Source of the DNA: Squalus acanthias
Taxonomy: Eukaryota
DNA length: 64,000 bases
Assembly: GCA_030390025.1 (NCBI GenBank)
Contig: CM059431.1
Span: forward strand, 150,786,001 to 150,850,000
Reading direction: 5' to 3'
Shown here: piece after piece, positions 1 to 12,100 of the stretch
Numbering within the stretch: the first letter of the stretch is position 1
Layout: every line of letters begins with the position of its first letter
Position numbers and translations under genes: made by a program
Notes under the pieces: generated by a model
The model's database searches: none
The model's input: only the letters and a program-made list of their open reading frames with translations
What the model was told of the DNA's origin: nothing

Positions 1-18
1 TCTCCCTCTCTCTCTCAG

Positions 19-386
19 AATGCGTAGTTCAAAAATGCCACCAACAATAAAAGACAGGAAGAGGCCCCCTTTAAATAGCGCCCCCCCCAGCCCCACAGCG
101 ATTGATAGCGTTCCAGTCTTCTGGTCGTTGGAAGCGCCAGGCGGTAAGGCAGGGGGCGCCACTCAAATTCCGCTACGGGGCGCCCCAAGGGCGTTGCACC
201 ATGGAATGATGTCACAATCTGCGCGCGCAGGTGGTCGCAGCGGTAAGTTTTAGCGCCGCCGCACAATCTCAAGTTAAGTTCTCGAGCGGCGCAAACATCG
301 CTGCGCCCGGGCGTTAGCAGCTTTGCGCCCCATTAGCGCCCTCTTAAGGCGCTAACGGGTGGCGCAACCAAGTGAATTTTTACCCC
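19..386. mobile_element. GC-rich non-autonomous DNA transposon end (Harbinger/MITE-like)
   Basis: CpG-rich palindromic GCGCCC/GGGCG motifs ending in a TIR-like GTGAATTTTTACCCC; similar termini occur elsewhere in the window. Confidence 0.4.
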
Positions 387-399
387 TATGACTGTATGA

Positions 400-1540
400 C
401 ATAGACATAGAGAGGGACAGAGAGAAACAGAGGGGGAGAGAGAGTGAGACAGAGGGAGAGAGTGAAACAGAGGAAGAGAGAGAGTGAAACAGAGGGAGAG
501 AGAGACACACACACAGAAATAGACAGGGGCAGAGAGAAACAGAGGGAAAGATAAAAAAAAAAACAAAGGGAGAGAAACAGAGAGAGAGACAGACTCAGAG
601 AAAGTGACCACTCCTCTGAATTCTCAACACCCTCCTCTGACTTCCCAGCTCTTTATGTGACTCCGCTGAATTAACTCCAGCTCAACTTTGAACAAGGTTT
701 AAAAAATATCTGGACTGTGAAGCGACTGCAAAGTAATTGGAACCCTTTGTTTGTCATTTCACTTCAATTATGCAGTAATGAGTCTGATCTGATATCGAAC
801 ATGGTGTGGAAGAGCCGGCGTCCTGGATTATATATTGATAGTGAGTCGCTGGTGATCGCGGAGCAGGTCCCGGAGTGGTTTCACATTTTAGATAGTTTCA
901 AAAGTGCTCATTGGTATGAAAAAAAAGAAGCTGGGGGAGAGGGGGGGGGGGGGGAGAGAGAGAGAGAGGGGGGAGGGAGAGAGAGAGGGGGAGGGAGAGA
1001 GGGAGAGAGAGAGCGGGGTGCGAGAGAGACTGGGAGAGAGAGAGACCGGGAGAGAGAGACAGGGAGAGAGTGCTACATGGAGAGAGAGAGACAGGGAGAG
1101 AGAGAGGACGAGGGGAAGAGAGGGAGAGGGGAAGAGAGGGTGAGGGGATGAGAGGGAGAGTGGAAGAGGGGAAGAAAGGGAGAGGGGAAGTGAGAGGGGA
1201 GGGAGAGAGAGGGGATGGAGAGACAGTGGGGAGAGAGAGCGGGGAGACAGAGGCGAGAGAGAGGGTAGGGGGAGAGAGGGGAGAGAGAGAGGGGTGGGAG
1301 AAAGAAAGAGGGGAGGGGATGGAGAGAGAGTGGAGGGAGAGAGGGGCAGGGAGAGAGGGGAGATAGCAGGGGAGAGAGGGGAAGAGATAGAGGGGGAGAG
1401 GGGAGGGAGAGGGGAGAGAGAGAGAGCAACAGACAGGTAAGAGAGAGTGAGAGAGAGTGAGAGCGAGAGAGGGAGTGACAGAGAGCGAGAGTGAGAGCGA
1501 CAGACAGGGAGAGAGATCAACAGACAGAGAGAGCAAGTAA
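400..1540 (+). repeat. (GA)n / polypurine low-complexity tracts (about 400-605 and 930-1540)
   Basis: Degenerate GA/GGA repeats; source of the S/L/P- and R/E/G-rich spurious ORFs. Confidence 0.95.
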
Positions 1541-1553
1541 GAAAGAAAGCTTC

Positions 1554-2231
1554 ATCTTACTCTTTATCTCTTTCATCATCCAGGGAGCTCTGACTTTGGT
1601 TGCCCTACCTTTCCCCCTCGTGGGAATGTACCTCGACTGTACCCAAACCACCTCCTCTTTAAAGGCAGCCTATTATTCTATTACAGTTTTGCCTGCCAAT
1701 CTTTGATTCCAATTTACCCGGGCCAGATCCATTCTCAATCCACTGAAATTGGCCTTTCCTCCAATTAAGTATTTTTACTCTAGTTTGCTCCTTGTCCTTT
1801 TCCAAAGCTAATCTAAACCGTAGGATATTATGATCACTGTTTCCTAAATGTTCCCCGACTGACACTTGCTCCACTTGACCCACCTCATTCCCCAGAACCA
1901 GATCCAGCAATGCCTCCTTCCTCGTTGGGCCGGAAATGTACTGATTAAACTTCAGAAATTCTTCCCCCTCTCTGCCCTTTACACTATTACTATCCCAATC
2001 TATAGTAGGATAGTTGAAGGCCCCCTTTATCACTACTCTATAGTTCTTGAACCTCTCTGTAATTTCCCTGCAAATTTGCTCCTCTATATACTCCCCACTA
2101 GTTGGTGGCCGAAAGAATACACCTAGTAATGTAATGGCACCTCTATTGTTTCTTAACTCTAAGCAAATACATTCTGTCATTGACCCCTTCAGGACATCTT
2201 CTCCAGCACTGTAATATTCTCCGTAATCAAT
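1554..2231 (-). mobile_element. CR1 LINE ORF2 apurinic endonuclease fragment
   Basis: ORF 1659-2180: LGVFFRPP, FNYPTIDW, PTRKEALLDLVL, LGNSDHN. Confidence 0.9.
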
Positions 2232-2232
2232 A

Positions 2233-2891
2233 CTTTGTTTTTATTCATTCATGGGATGTGGGCGTTGCTGGCAAGGCCAGCATTTATTGCCCATCCCTAA
2301 TTACCCTAGAGAAGGTGGTGGTGTGCTGCCTTCTTGAACCGCTGCAGTCCATGTTGTGAAGGTACTCCCACAGTGCTGTTAGGGAGGGCGCTCCAGGATT
2401 TTGACCCAGCGATGATGAAGATCGGCGATATACTTCCAAGTCAGGATGGTGTGTGAGTTGGAGGGGAACTTGATGGTGGTGGAGTTCCAATGCGCCTGTT
2501 GCCCTTGTCCTTCTAGGTGCAAGAGGTCACGGGTTTGGGAGGTGCTGCCGAAGAAGCCTTGGCGAGTTGCTGCAGTGCATCTTGTAGATGTTACAGACTG
2601 CAGCCACGGTACGCTGGTGGTGGAGGGAGTGAATGTTTAAGGTGGTGAATGGGGTGCCAATTAAGTGGGCTGCCAATTAAGTGGGCTGCTTTGTCCTGGA
2701 TGGTGTCGAGCTTCTTGAGTGTTGTTGGAGCTGCACTCATCCAAGCAAGTGGAGAGTATTCCATCACACTACTTATTTGTGCCTTGTAGATGGTAGAGAG
2801 GCTTTAGGGAGTCAGGAGGTGAGACACTCGCCGCAGAATACCCAGCCTCTGACCTGCTCTTGTTGCCACAGTATTTATGTGGCTGGTCCAG
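2233..2891 (-). mobile_element. LINE 3' end (CR1-group, a family distinct from the main CR1s); runs into the gap
   Basis: Closely similar to 10420-11030; 3' tail ...CCCACATCCCATGAATGAATAAAAA. Confidence 0.85.
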
Positions 2892-3391
2892 NNNNNNNNN
2901 NNNNNNNNNNNNNNNNNNNNNNNNNNNNNNNNNNNNNNNNNNNNNNNNNNNNNNNNNNNNNNNNNNNNNNNNNNNNNNNNNNNNNNNNNNNNNNNNNNNN
3001 NNNNNNNNNNNNNNNNNNNNNNNNNNNNNNNNNNNNNNNNNNNNNNNNNNNNNNNNNNNNNNNNNNNNNNNNNNNNNNNNNNNNNNNNNNNNNNNNNNNN
3101 NNNNNNNNNNNNNNNNNNNNNNNNNNNNNNNNNNNNNNNNNNNNNNNNNNNNNNNNNNNNNNNNNNNNNNNNNNNNNNNNNNNNNNNNNNNNNNNNNNNN
3201 NNNNNNNNNNNNNNNNNNNNNNNNNNNNNNNNNNNNNNNNNNNNNNNNNNNNNNNNNNNNNNNNNNNNNNNNNNNNNNNNNNNNNNNNNNNNNNNNNNNN
3301 NNNNNNNNNNNNNNNNNNNNNNNNNNNNNNNNNNNNNNNNNNNNNNNNNNNNNNNNNNNNNNNNNNNNNNNNNNNNNNNNNNNNNNNNNNN
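2892..3391. other. Assembly gap (500 N)
   Basis: Run of N. Confidence 1.
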
Positions 3392-4927
3392 CTGGTCAGA
3401 GTGTGGGCTCTAAATAGTGATGAGAATATGGGCTATGATTTGTGATTAGAATGTTTGCTGTGATTTGTGATCAGAATGTTGATTGTGGTATGTGATCATA
3501 ATGTGGAGTTGATTTGTGATCAGAATGCGGGCTGTGATTTTTGATCAGAATTTTGGATGTGATTTGTAATCTCAGTGTAGTCTGATTTGTGGTCCGAATT
3601 TGGGATGTCATTTGAGGTCAGAATGTTGGCTATGATTTGAGATCAGAATGTAGACTGTGATTTGTGTTTAGTATGTGAACTGTAATTTGAGATCAGAATG
3701 TGGGCTGTGATTTGCGATCAGGATGTGCACTGTGACTTGTGATCAGAATGTGGACTGTGATTTGTTATCAGAATATGTGCTGTGATTTGTGTTCAGAATG
3801 TGTGCTGTGATTTGTGTTCAGAATGTGGACTGTGATTTGTGTTCAGAACGTGTGCTGTGATTTGTGTTTCAGAATGTGGACTGTGATCTGTGGTCAAGAT
3901 GTGGGCTAAGGTTTGTGTCCAGTTTGTGGGCTGTGATTTGTGATCAGAATGTGAACTGTCGTTTGTGATCAGAGTGTGGACTGTAATTTGTGTTCAGAAT
4001 GCGGATTGTGATTTGTAATGAGAAAGTGGACTATGATTTGTGATCAGAATTTGGGATGCGATTTGTGATCAGAATGTGGACTGTGATCTGTGATAAAAAT
4101 GTTGGCTGTGATTTGAGTCCAGAATGTGGGCTGTGATTTGTGATCAGAATGTGGACTATGATCTGTGATCACAATGCGGGCTGTTATTTGTGATCACAAT
4201 GTGGGTTATGATTTTTGATTAGAATGTGGACTGTGGTTAGTAATCTGAATGCGATCTGTGATTTGTGATCACAATATGTGCTGTGATTTGTGATCAGAAT
4301 GTGCTCTGTGATTTGTGATCACAATATGTGCTGTGATCTATGATTAAAACGTGGGCTGTGATTTATGACCAGAATGTGGACTGTCCTTGGTGATCAGATT
4401 GTTAACTGTGATTTGTGATCCGAATGTTGACATTGATATGTGATTACAATTTTGGATGTGATTTGCGATCAGAATGTGGGATATGATTTGTGATCAGAAC
4501 GTAGATTGTGATTCGCGATGAAAATGTGAGCTCTGATATGTGATCAGATTATATGCTTTGATTTGTGATTAGAATGTGTACAGTGATTGGGATCAGAATG
4601 TAGAATCTTATTTCTGGTCAGGGTGCGGGCTCTTATAAGTGATGAGAATATGGGCTATGATTTGTGTTCAGAATGTTTGCTGTGATTTGTTATCAGAATG
4701 AGGGCAATGATTGTGATCAGAATGTGAACTGTGATCTTTGTTCAGAATGTAAACTTTTATCTGTGATCAGAATGTGGGCTGTGATTTGTGATCAGAATTT
4801 GGGTTAAGATTTGAGATCTGAATGTGGGCTGTGATCTGTGATCAAATGTGGACTGTGATTTGTGATCAGAATTTGGACTGTGATTGGCGATTAGAATATT
4901 TACTCTGACTTGTGTTCAGAATGTGGG
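3392..4927 (+). repeat. 25-bp minisatellite/satellite, consensus about TGTGATTTGTGATCAGAATGTGGAC, roughly 60 diverged copies
   Basis: 25-bp periodicity visible, e.g. 3781-3855; degenerate units resume at about 5466-5517. Confidence 0.95.
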
Positions 4928-5467
4928 GCCCTCCTTTTTGATAAAAGAAGGTTATTGTTGCCATAGAGGGAGTGCAGCAAATTTCACCAGACTGGTTCCT
5001 GGGTTTGGGGCATTGTCCTATGATGAGAGTTTGAGTAGACTAGGCCTATATTCTCCGGAGTTTGGAAGAATGCGAGGTGATCTCATCGAAACAAACCAAA
5101 TTCTTACAGGGCTTGAGCCGGTACATGCAAGGAGGATGTTTCCCCTGGCCGAGGAGTCTAGAACCAGGGGTCACAGACTCAGAATAAGGGGTCGGCCATT
5201 TAGGACTGAGATGAGGAGAAATGTCTTCATTCAGAGGGTGGTGAATCTTTGGAATTCTGTACCCCAGCGTGCTGTGGAGGCTCAGTCGTTGGGTATATTA
5301 AAGACAGAGATCGACAGATTTTTGAATATTAAGGGAATCAATGAATATGGAGATAGTGCACGAAAGTGGAGATGACGTAGAAGATCAGCCATGATCTTAT
5401 TGAATGTCGGAGCAGGCTCGAAGGGCCGAATGGCCTACTCCTGCTCCTATTTCTTAGGTACTTATGT
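4928..5467 (+). mobile_element. CR1 LINE 3' fragment
   Basis: RMRGDLIE, RTRGH, RVVNLWNS and the typical 3' UTR and tail. Confidence 0.9.
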
Positions 5468-5978
5468 GATCTCTAATTTGATATCAGATATATGGGGGCT
5501 GTTTTGTGATCATAATGCTTTTTTTGATTGCAGTATGAGCACTCACTTGTGTCAAGGATTCAGTTAGTACTTCATTTTTTCTCGACAGTTTATCCCATCT
5601 TTTCCATTACGAATCAACATGCTCGGCTATAGATTGATTCGCTGCAATTTTCATGTACTGTATCTTCGTGTTTATGGTGCAAAGTAATATTGTAAACATT
5701 TTAATTAGTGCTACTGTAAATCTGTGAACATCCATGGAGTCAGTGATTATATGAAAATATATTAGTTCATATTTAAGAATCAGACCGCTGACTATTTTTA
5801 ATTCCTACTTTTGATTCACATCAGTTTAGGGGGCAATATTGAACAGTACAATCATTACACAAACGTGCATTTAGTGGAAATATAATTACAACAGAGCACT
5901 GAGATTGGATTAATGTACAGATTTACATAAAACATTTACATATATTACAGTTAGTTTACAGAAACGGTTATCAATACT

Positions 5979-5984
5979 TTTATT
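5979..5984 (-). terminator. Polyadenylation signal of the NLR gene
   Basis: AATAAA on the minus strand, about 40 nt after the stop codon. Confidence 0.55.
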
Positions 5985-6021
5985 GTCCCTGCGGATACTG
6001 TACTTGCAGTTTGTACCAAAG

Positions 6022-6109
6022 TCACACCCACACTTCCAGTCCAGCTCTGGATACTTGCAATGACCTCAGTTGTTTTTTTCCAAATACGGTGAAGTTGTTG
6101 CCAACCAAC
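6022..6109 (-). CDS. NLR gene terminal exon (LVGNNFTVFGKKQLRSLQVSRAGLEVWV*)
   Basis: Acceptor TGCTCTTTCAG|G; LRR-cap-like sequence; TGA at 6022-6024. Confidence 0.85.
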
Positions 6110-9100
6110 CTGAAAGAGCATTCAGCAATTAATATAAATAATATCAAAACAGTGAAATCGTGTTATAAACGGTACAATAATGCATTAATAGCACGGACTT
6201 ATTAATAAACCTACGCGTGGGACGCCCTTCAATTAATTGTCTGTGAGTATTGTAAAGCACAGTTATAGCATTGCGGGATGGATATTTCGTCAGTATGATA
6301 CCAGTTTACAAATAAACAAGGCGCGGAAAAATGAAGGGAAACTAGTGGCTCACTCACCTGATCCACTTCAGTCCTGAGCAGGTTTTTATGAGGCGCGTGA
6401 AGGTGGCAATGGATTTATCCCTGAAACAATTTCTGTCCAAGTCCAACCCCATCAAGGACCAATTTGCACCGACAGAAGAGGCAAGGTCTTCTGCGCATGC
6501 GTCTGTGAGGCCATTGTAATCCAATCTATACATGTGAGAGAGTCAAAGTTTAACTTCAGGGATTACTATTCTGTGCACATAAATTATGTGATAGTGCTCT
6601 TTATAATAATTTCAAATGTATTAACTCTATGTCATTATACAATCATTATCAACCGATACTTTGACGGATTCAGTGTGTTTCTCCTGCCTCAATATTGTGA
6701 TTTTGCAGTCGGGATCCCTCAGTGCGGCACACAGTCGTTTGGCTCCAGAATCGCCCAGACTGTTGTGGCTCAAGACCAATACTTCGAGTGTCCGGTTTAT
6801 ACTTAGAGCAGAGGCGAGGTGTTCAGCGCAAACATCGGTAAGTTGGTTATCCCACAACCTGCATCGGTCACAGAGATACAACTTTTTGTTCCAAGACACA
6901 CCTCAAAACATACAATGGTAACTTGTAAAAAATAAACAAACGTGCATTGATAGAGCCAGTTTCACATCCTCCGACCTCCACGAACGATCAGCCTTGGCTC
7001 AGTTAGTAGCTCTCTCGCCTCTAGCTCAGAAATTTGTGGGTTCATAGTACCACTCCCGAGAATTGCGCACGAAAATTTAGGCTGACACTCCAGTGCAGAA
7101 CTGAGGGAGTGCTGCACTGTCGGAGGTGCCGTTTTGCAGGTGAGACGTTAAACCGAGGCCTCGTCTGCCCTCTCAGATCGACGTAAAATATCCCATGACA
7201 CTATTTGGAAGAGGAGCCAAGGGAGCTGTCCCCGATGTCCGAGCCAATATACAGCCCTCAATCAACATCACTAAACACAGATTATCTGGTTATTATCACA
7301 TTGCTGTTTGTGTGAGATTGGCTGCCGCGTTTCCTACATTACAAGTGACTACACTTCAAAACAAGTACTTCATTGGCTGTAAAGCGCTTTTGGATGTCCG
7401 GATCTCGTGAAATCCTCTGCATAGATGCAAGTCTTTCTTTTTTTCTCCAAGTCAAAATGTTGTGGATTCAAGTCCCACTCCCGAGACTTGAGACCATAAT
7501 CTCGGCTGACACTGCAGTGCAGTATTGAGGGAGTGCTGCAGCTTCGGACTATTCCAGTGTCTTTTGGATGAGAGGCGAGAGAGTTGCCATGTGACGCAAA
7601 CCAATTAAGCAAACTGATAAATGCTCGGGAAAAAAGCTCTTTTAAGCAAGTTACAAAGTGTTCTCCTTACTCCAGCGTCTGTATTTTGCAGTCTGGTCTA
7701 CTCAATGCAGCGAAAAATCCTTCAGATGCCGAATCGCTCAATTTGTTCTCGTTTAGCCTAGAAAGAGACTGTTAATTAATTAAATCCCACCGTAAAACAT
7801 TAACGATTTGTTTCTTCCTTAATAAACAAAAGAAAATCCAACTTCAGAATAAGTACTCAGTAGATGACTAGAACATTGTGATTTGGGTTTTAATCTCAAC
7901 CCTGGCCACATAGAGATCCAAAGCAGGATTATTTACGATTGCCTTTGCTAAACGTGATTTCGGAGAAATTTTGCAAATCATAACCTGATTAGTTGTAGAC
8001 TGCCCTACATTGTACAAAACTGCCTGTAACCTGGCGATAATCGAACTCTATCATTCAAATAGCAATCGATGCAGTTATTACTCCAATTTGAAGAAAAAAA
8101 TGCAATTTCCTGTATGAGTGTTTTGTGTAGAAGAGGAGTCGATCATTTTGACTTGGTGTGGATTATTTGCAGTACACCAGGAAAATGAACAAATCGACGA
8201 AAGTGACATCAGCAAATTATTCACTCTGGCGAAAGCCTGAAGCAGAATGCAGCACCTTTGAAGCAGGAGGAAGTTTGGAGTTAGAACGAATGTTGAGTAT
8301 AACATTTTTTCAAACAGAACGCACTACAGCTCTGACAACATTCTAATGGAATATCTTTGAAGCAGACCATATAAATGAGTTAAATTATGCACCTACTTTG
8401 TTTCTGGTAATTAACAGTTTCTCGGGCCACCGTGAGAAGGAAGGCAAGTGTGGCTGGAGACCAATGAAGTGCCGACTTACTTCTTTGCCTAGTGAACTTT
8501 TCTTGCTTATAAAAATCAGCATTCCTATGACTACCACTGGCATATCTTAATTGATCCCTTCGGAAATTAGAACGTGCTTGTTCTATTCAGATTGCAGTTC
8601 AGGAGCATCTTGCACTTTGAAAATGTTTTGCACAGAACATGGACTCGTAGAGATTTCCACCCCAGAGTAACGCTATTTGTCCCATCTTGTTTGTGTCAGC
8701 TCGTTGGTTAAATAATCTAAAGCTAAATCCATTGCCTCGTTCTCTCTCCTATTAATCCCTCAACCAACATTACAAAAAAACAGATTATCTGGTAATTATC
8801 TCATTCCTGTTTGTGGGAGCTTGCTGTGCGCAAATTGGCTGCCCCGTTTCCTACATTACAACAGTGACTATACTCTAAAAGTACTTATTTGGCTGTAAAG
8901 TGATTTGAGACGCCCGGTGATCGTAAAAGGCGCTATATAAATGCAAGTCTTTATTTTTCTTTCTATAGCCCCGTGTCTTCATCTGCTTCTAGTGTTGAGC
9001 CAGATTCGCTTAACAGGCCCAATGGTCTCTGTCCCAACAACTCCCCATCTCAAAACATTTCTTGCAGGAATAACTCTCTTGGTAAAATCTGTAACAAGGA

Positions 9101-12100
9101 GTGACGCCTACCATATTAAATATATAGCTATATATATTACTTAACAACAGGTGACCATACCTCAGAACTTTACACTTATGCAGCACAGCTGTTAAGAGAC
9201 GCAATCCTCCATCTTCAATATAACACCTGTTGAGATTGAGCTCCAGAACCGTGCCGCATAATTCTAAACCCACCGCGACCGCAGCACAATCCATGGGGCT
9301 CAATTTTAGAGGGCTCCATCCTCCGAATGCAAGTCGGTTTACAGAGCCGACCGCGATCCGGGCTGGTTCTTCATTCTGATATTCATACAGGTGGTATGAA
9401 GTGTTCAGGAGGTCTGTTTTGCTCAGTTCACTGTTCATATTTTGAAGATCTAATTTGACCCGCGATTCGAGGAACCAAATTAATCGGCGAGTGGTCTCGC
9501 CCGGAAACGGACCCGAGAATTCCTCAAGCAAATGAGCTGAAATCGGTGAGCAAAGACCGAACAGAAAGCGTAGAAATGTCACGGACTGGCGTTCTGCCTT
9601 CCTGTAATGTTTTTCTAGGACTCTGATGAGATCTTCGGGGTCTGTGGTCAGAAACTGTCCAGCCACGGCTATGAAATGTTGAACTGGCGGATGGAGGAAT
9701 TTGTGTGTAACTCGGGCAGCAGAATCATCCTGCTCCAGGATTTCCGCCAGAAACGAGGACCGCAATTCTGATTTCCGGAATTTCTGGCGACAGACGCAGT
9801 CATCGAACACGGAGCTCTCATTACAGATTCCCTCGTAGGCCAGTTCACCCATTTTCAGCAGTAACTGACGTGGGTCTTTGATTTGCCCGGAATGAGTTTT
9901 TAACGCGTTGCCAAGGTAATTTGAAAGCAGGTGGGTGATGGTCACCGGAAGTTTTGCCACACGTCCAGGTTGGTGCGTAAAGAATGGTGCCAAAGATGCG
10001 CAGACGATTGCGCAGTTGGAGGGATTTGCACACAGGCTGTACAAGATAGCATTCTGCTCCACGTGCCGAAACGCTTCGGCCGCATTTTTTTCATTTCCAA
10101 AATAATTGCTGAAATATTCTTTTTTCTCCAGGCCAGAAAGTCCCCCTATTCTGTTGTCATTCTCAAAAGTGGAATGAATTTCCGGCCGCTCATTCTGAAA
10201 GCGAGGCGGTTTTTTATGCCGCTGTTCCAAGTCTAAATGTAAAACTTAAAAGAAAACGTTTAGATCATTGTTGTAATCGTTTCTCTCTCCCTGCATTAAT
10301 TTTTAGCTTTGATTTTACATCTTTGAGAAGTTTAAAATTGTAGAAATTGGAATTTAAAATGAATATTGAACAATATCTAAATGAGCGCCTCGCCAGACGC
10401 TTAAAATTAAAAAAACAAATTATTCGTTTGTTTATGGGATGTGGGCGTCGCTGGCCCATCCCTAATTGCCATTGAGAAGGTGCTGGTGGGCCGCCTTCTT
10501 GAGCCGCTGCAGTCTGTGTGGTGAAGGTACTCCCACAATGCTGTTAGGGAGGGAGTTCCAGGATTTTGACCCAGCGACGATGAAGGATCTGCGATATACT
10601 TCTAAGTCAGGATGGTGTGTGATTTGGAGGTGAACTTGGAGGTGGTGGTGTTCCCATGCGCCTGCTGCCCTTGTCCTTCTAGGTGGAAGAGGTCGCGGGT
10701 TTGGGAGGTGCTGCCGAAGAAGCCTTGGCGAGTTGCTGCAGTGCATCTTGTAGCTGGTACACACTGCAGCCAAGGTACGCTGGTGGTGGAGGGAGTGAAT
10801 GGTTAATGTGGTGGATGGGGTGCCAATTAAGCGGGCTGCTTTGTCCTGGATGGTGTCGAGCTTCTTGAGTGCTGTTGGAGTTGCACTCATCAAGACAAGT
10901 GGAGAGTATTCCATCACACTCCTTATTTGTGCCTTGTAGATGTTGGAAAGGTTTTGGGGAGTCAGGAGGTGAGATACTCGCCTCAGAATACCTTAGCTCT
11001 GACCTGCTCTTGTTGCCACAGTATTTATGCCTCTATTGCAATTGCTGCTGATTTTTATATGATGTTTGCAATCTTTCTTTCAGCCTACAGAATTGAATCG
11101 ACTTAGATGCTATAATTTCTCTCGTTTGTTAATTTTACAGACACTTTTAAAATTCTTACATTGGAACAGTTTTCTTTTTAAACATTGCGAATTGGGTAAC
11201 TGTTACGCTATTGCTGGGAAATCCTACTTACCCTTTAGATGATCCGGTTCTTCACCGGCCAGAGTAATCTGGACTGATGGCAATGGGTGGTTGGCATCTA
11301 AAGGAAATGATATCTGATCTTTAATTAAATGTTTCACAATGATGGAGTTTATTAAACAAATATGTCAGTCATATTTATTTCAAAAGTGATATCTTGGCAA
11401 GTCAAACGTTCACTTGCAATTACTAGCATGGTTATCAAACATTTTGTTAAACAATCATAGCTTAAAAATAAGCCCCAAATTATGAATTGTAAAATAGCCT
11501 TCACTTTCATTTGTGTGTATTTCTTTCATTCAGATGTATACAATGAGTGTGCAAGTTTAAATATTGGTTGGCATCACTGGAGGCGGCGATGACTGGTTAA
11601 ATATTGAAGTACATATCCTCAAATAATATAAACTATGTATTGTTGTTTCTTTACTTTCTTTACTGTAGGGAGCATGATTAAGAAGTTTGCAGATGATGCA
11701 AAAATTGGCCGTGTGTTTCATAGTGAGGAGGAAAGCGGGAGACTGCAGGAAGATATCAATGGACTGGTCAGGTGGGCAGAAAGTTGCAAATGGAATTCAG
11801 TCCGGAGAAGTGTGAGCTAATGCATTTGGGGAGGGCTAACTATGCAAGGGAATACACATAAAAGGTAGGATACTGAGAAATGTAGAGGAACTGAAGAACC
11901 TTGGAGTGCATATCCACAGCTCCCTAAAGGTACCTGGACAGGTAGATAAGGCGGTTAAGAAGGCATACCGGATACTTTACTTTATTAGCCGAGGCAAAGA
12001 ATATAAGAGCAGAGAGGTTATTCTTGAACTGTATGAAACACTGGTTACACCACAGCTAGAATACTGCGTGCATTTCTGGTCACCACATTACAGGAAAGAT

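Noticed and set aside
717..1536. ORFs of 100-212 aa rich in S/L/P or R/E/G
   Set aside because: Translations of (GA)n low-complexity DNA.
2681..3445. Long ORFs containing X
   Set aside because: They span the N gap.
3392..4927. CRISPR-like periodicity
   Set aside because: Head-to-tail 25-bp units with no unique spacers.
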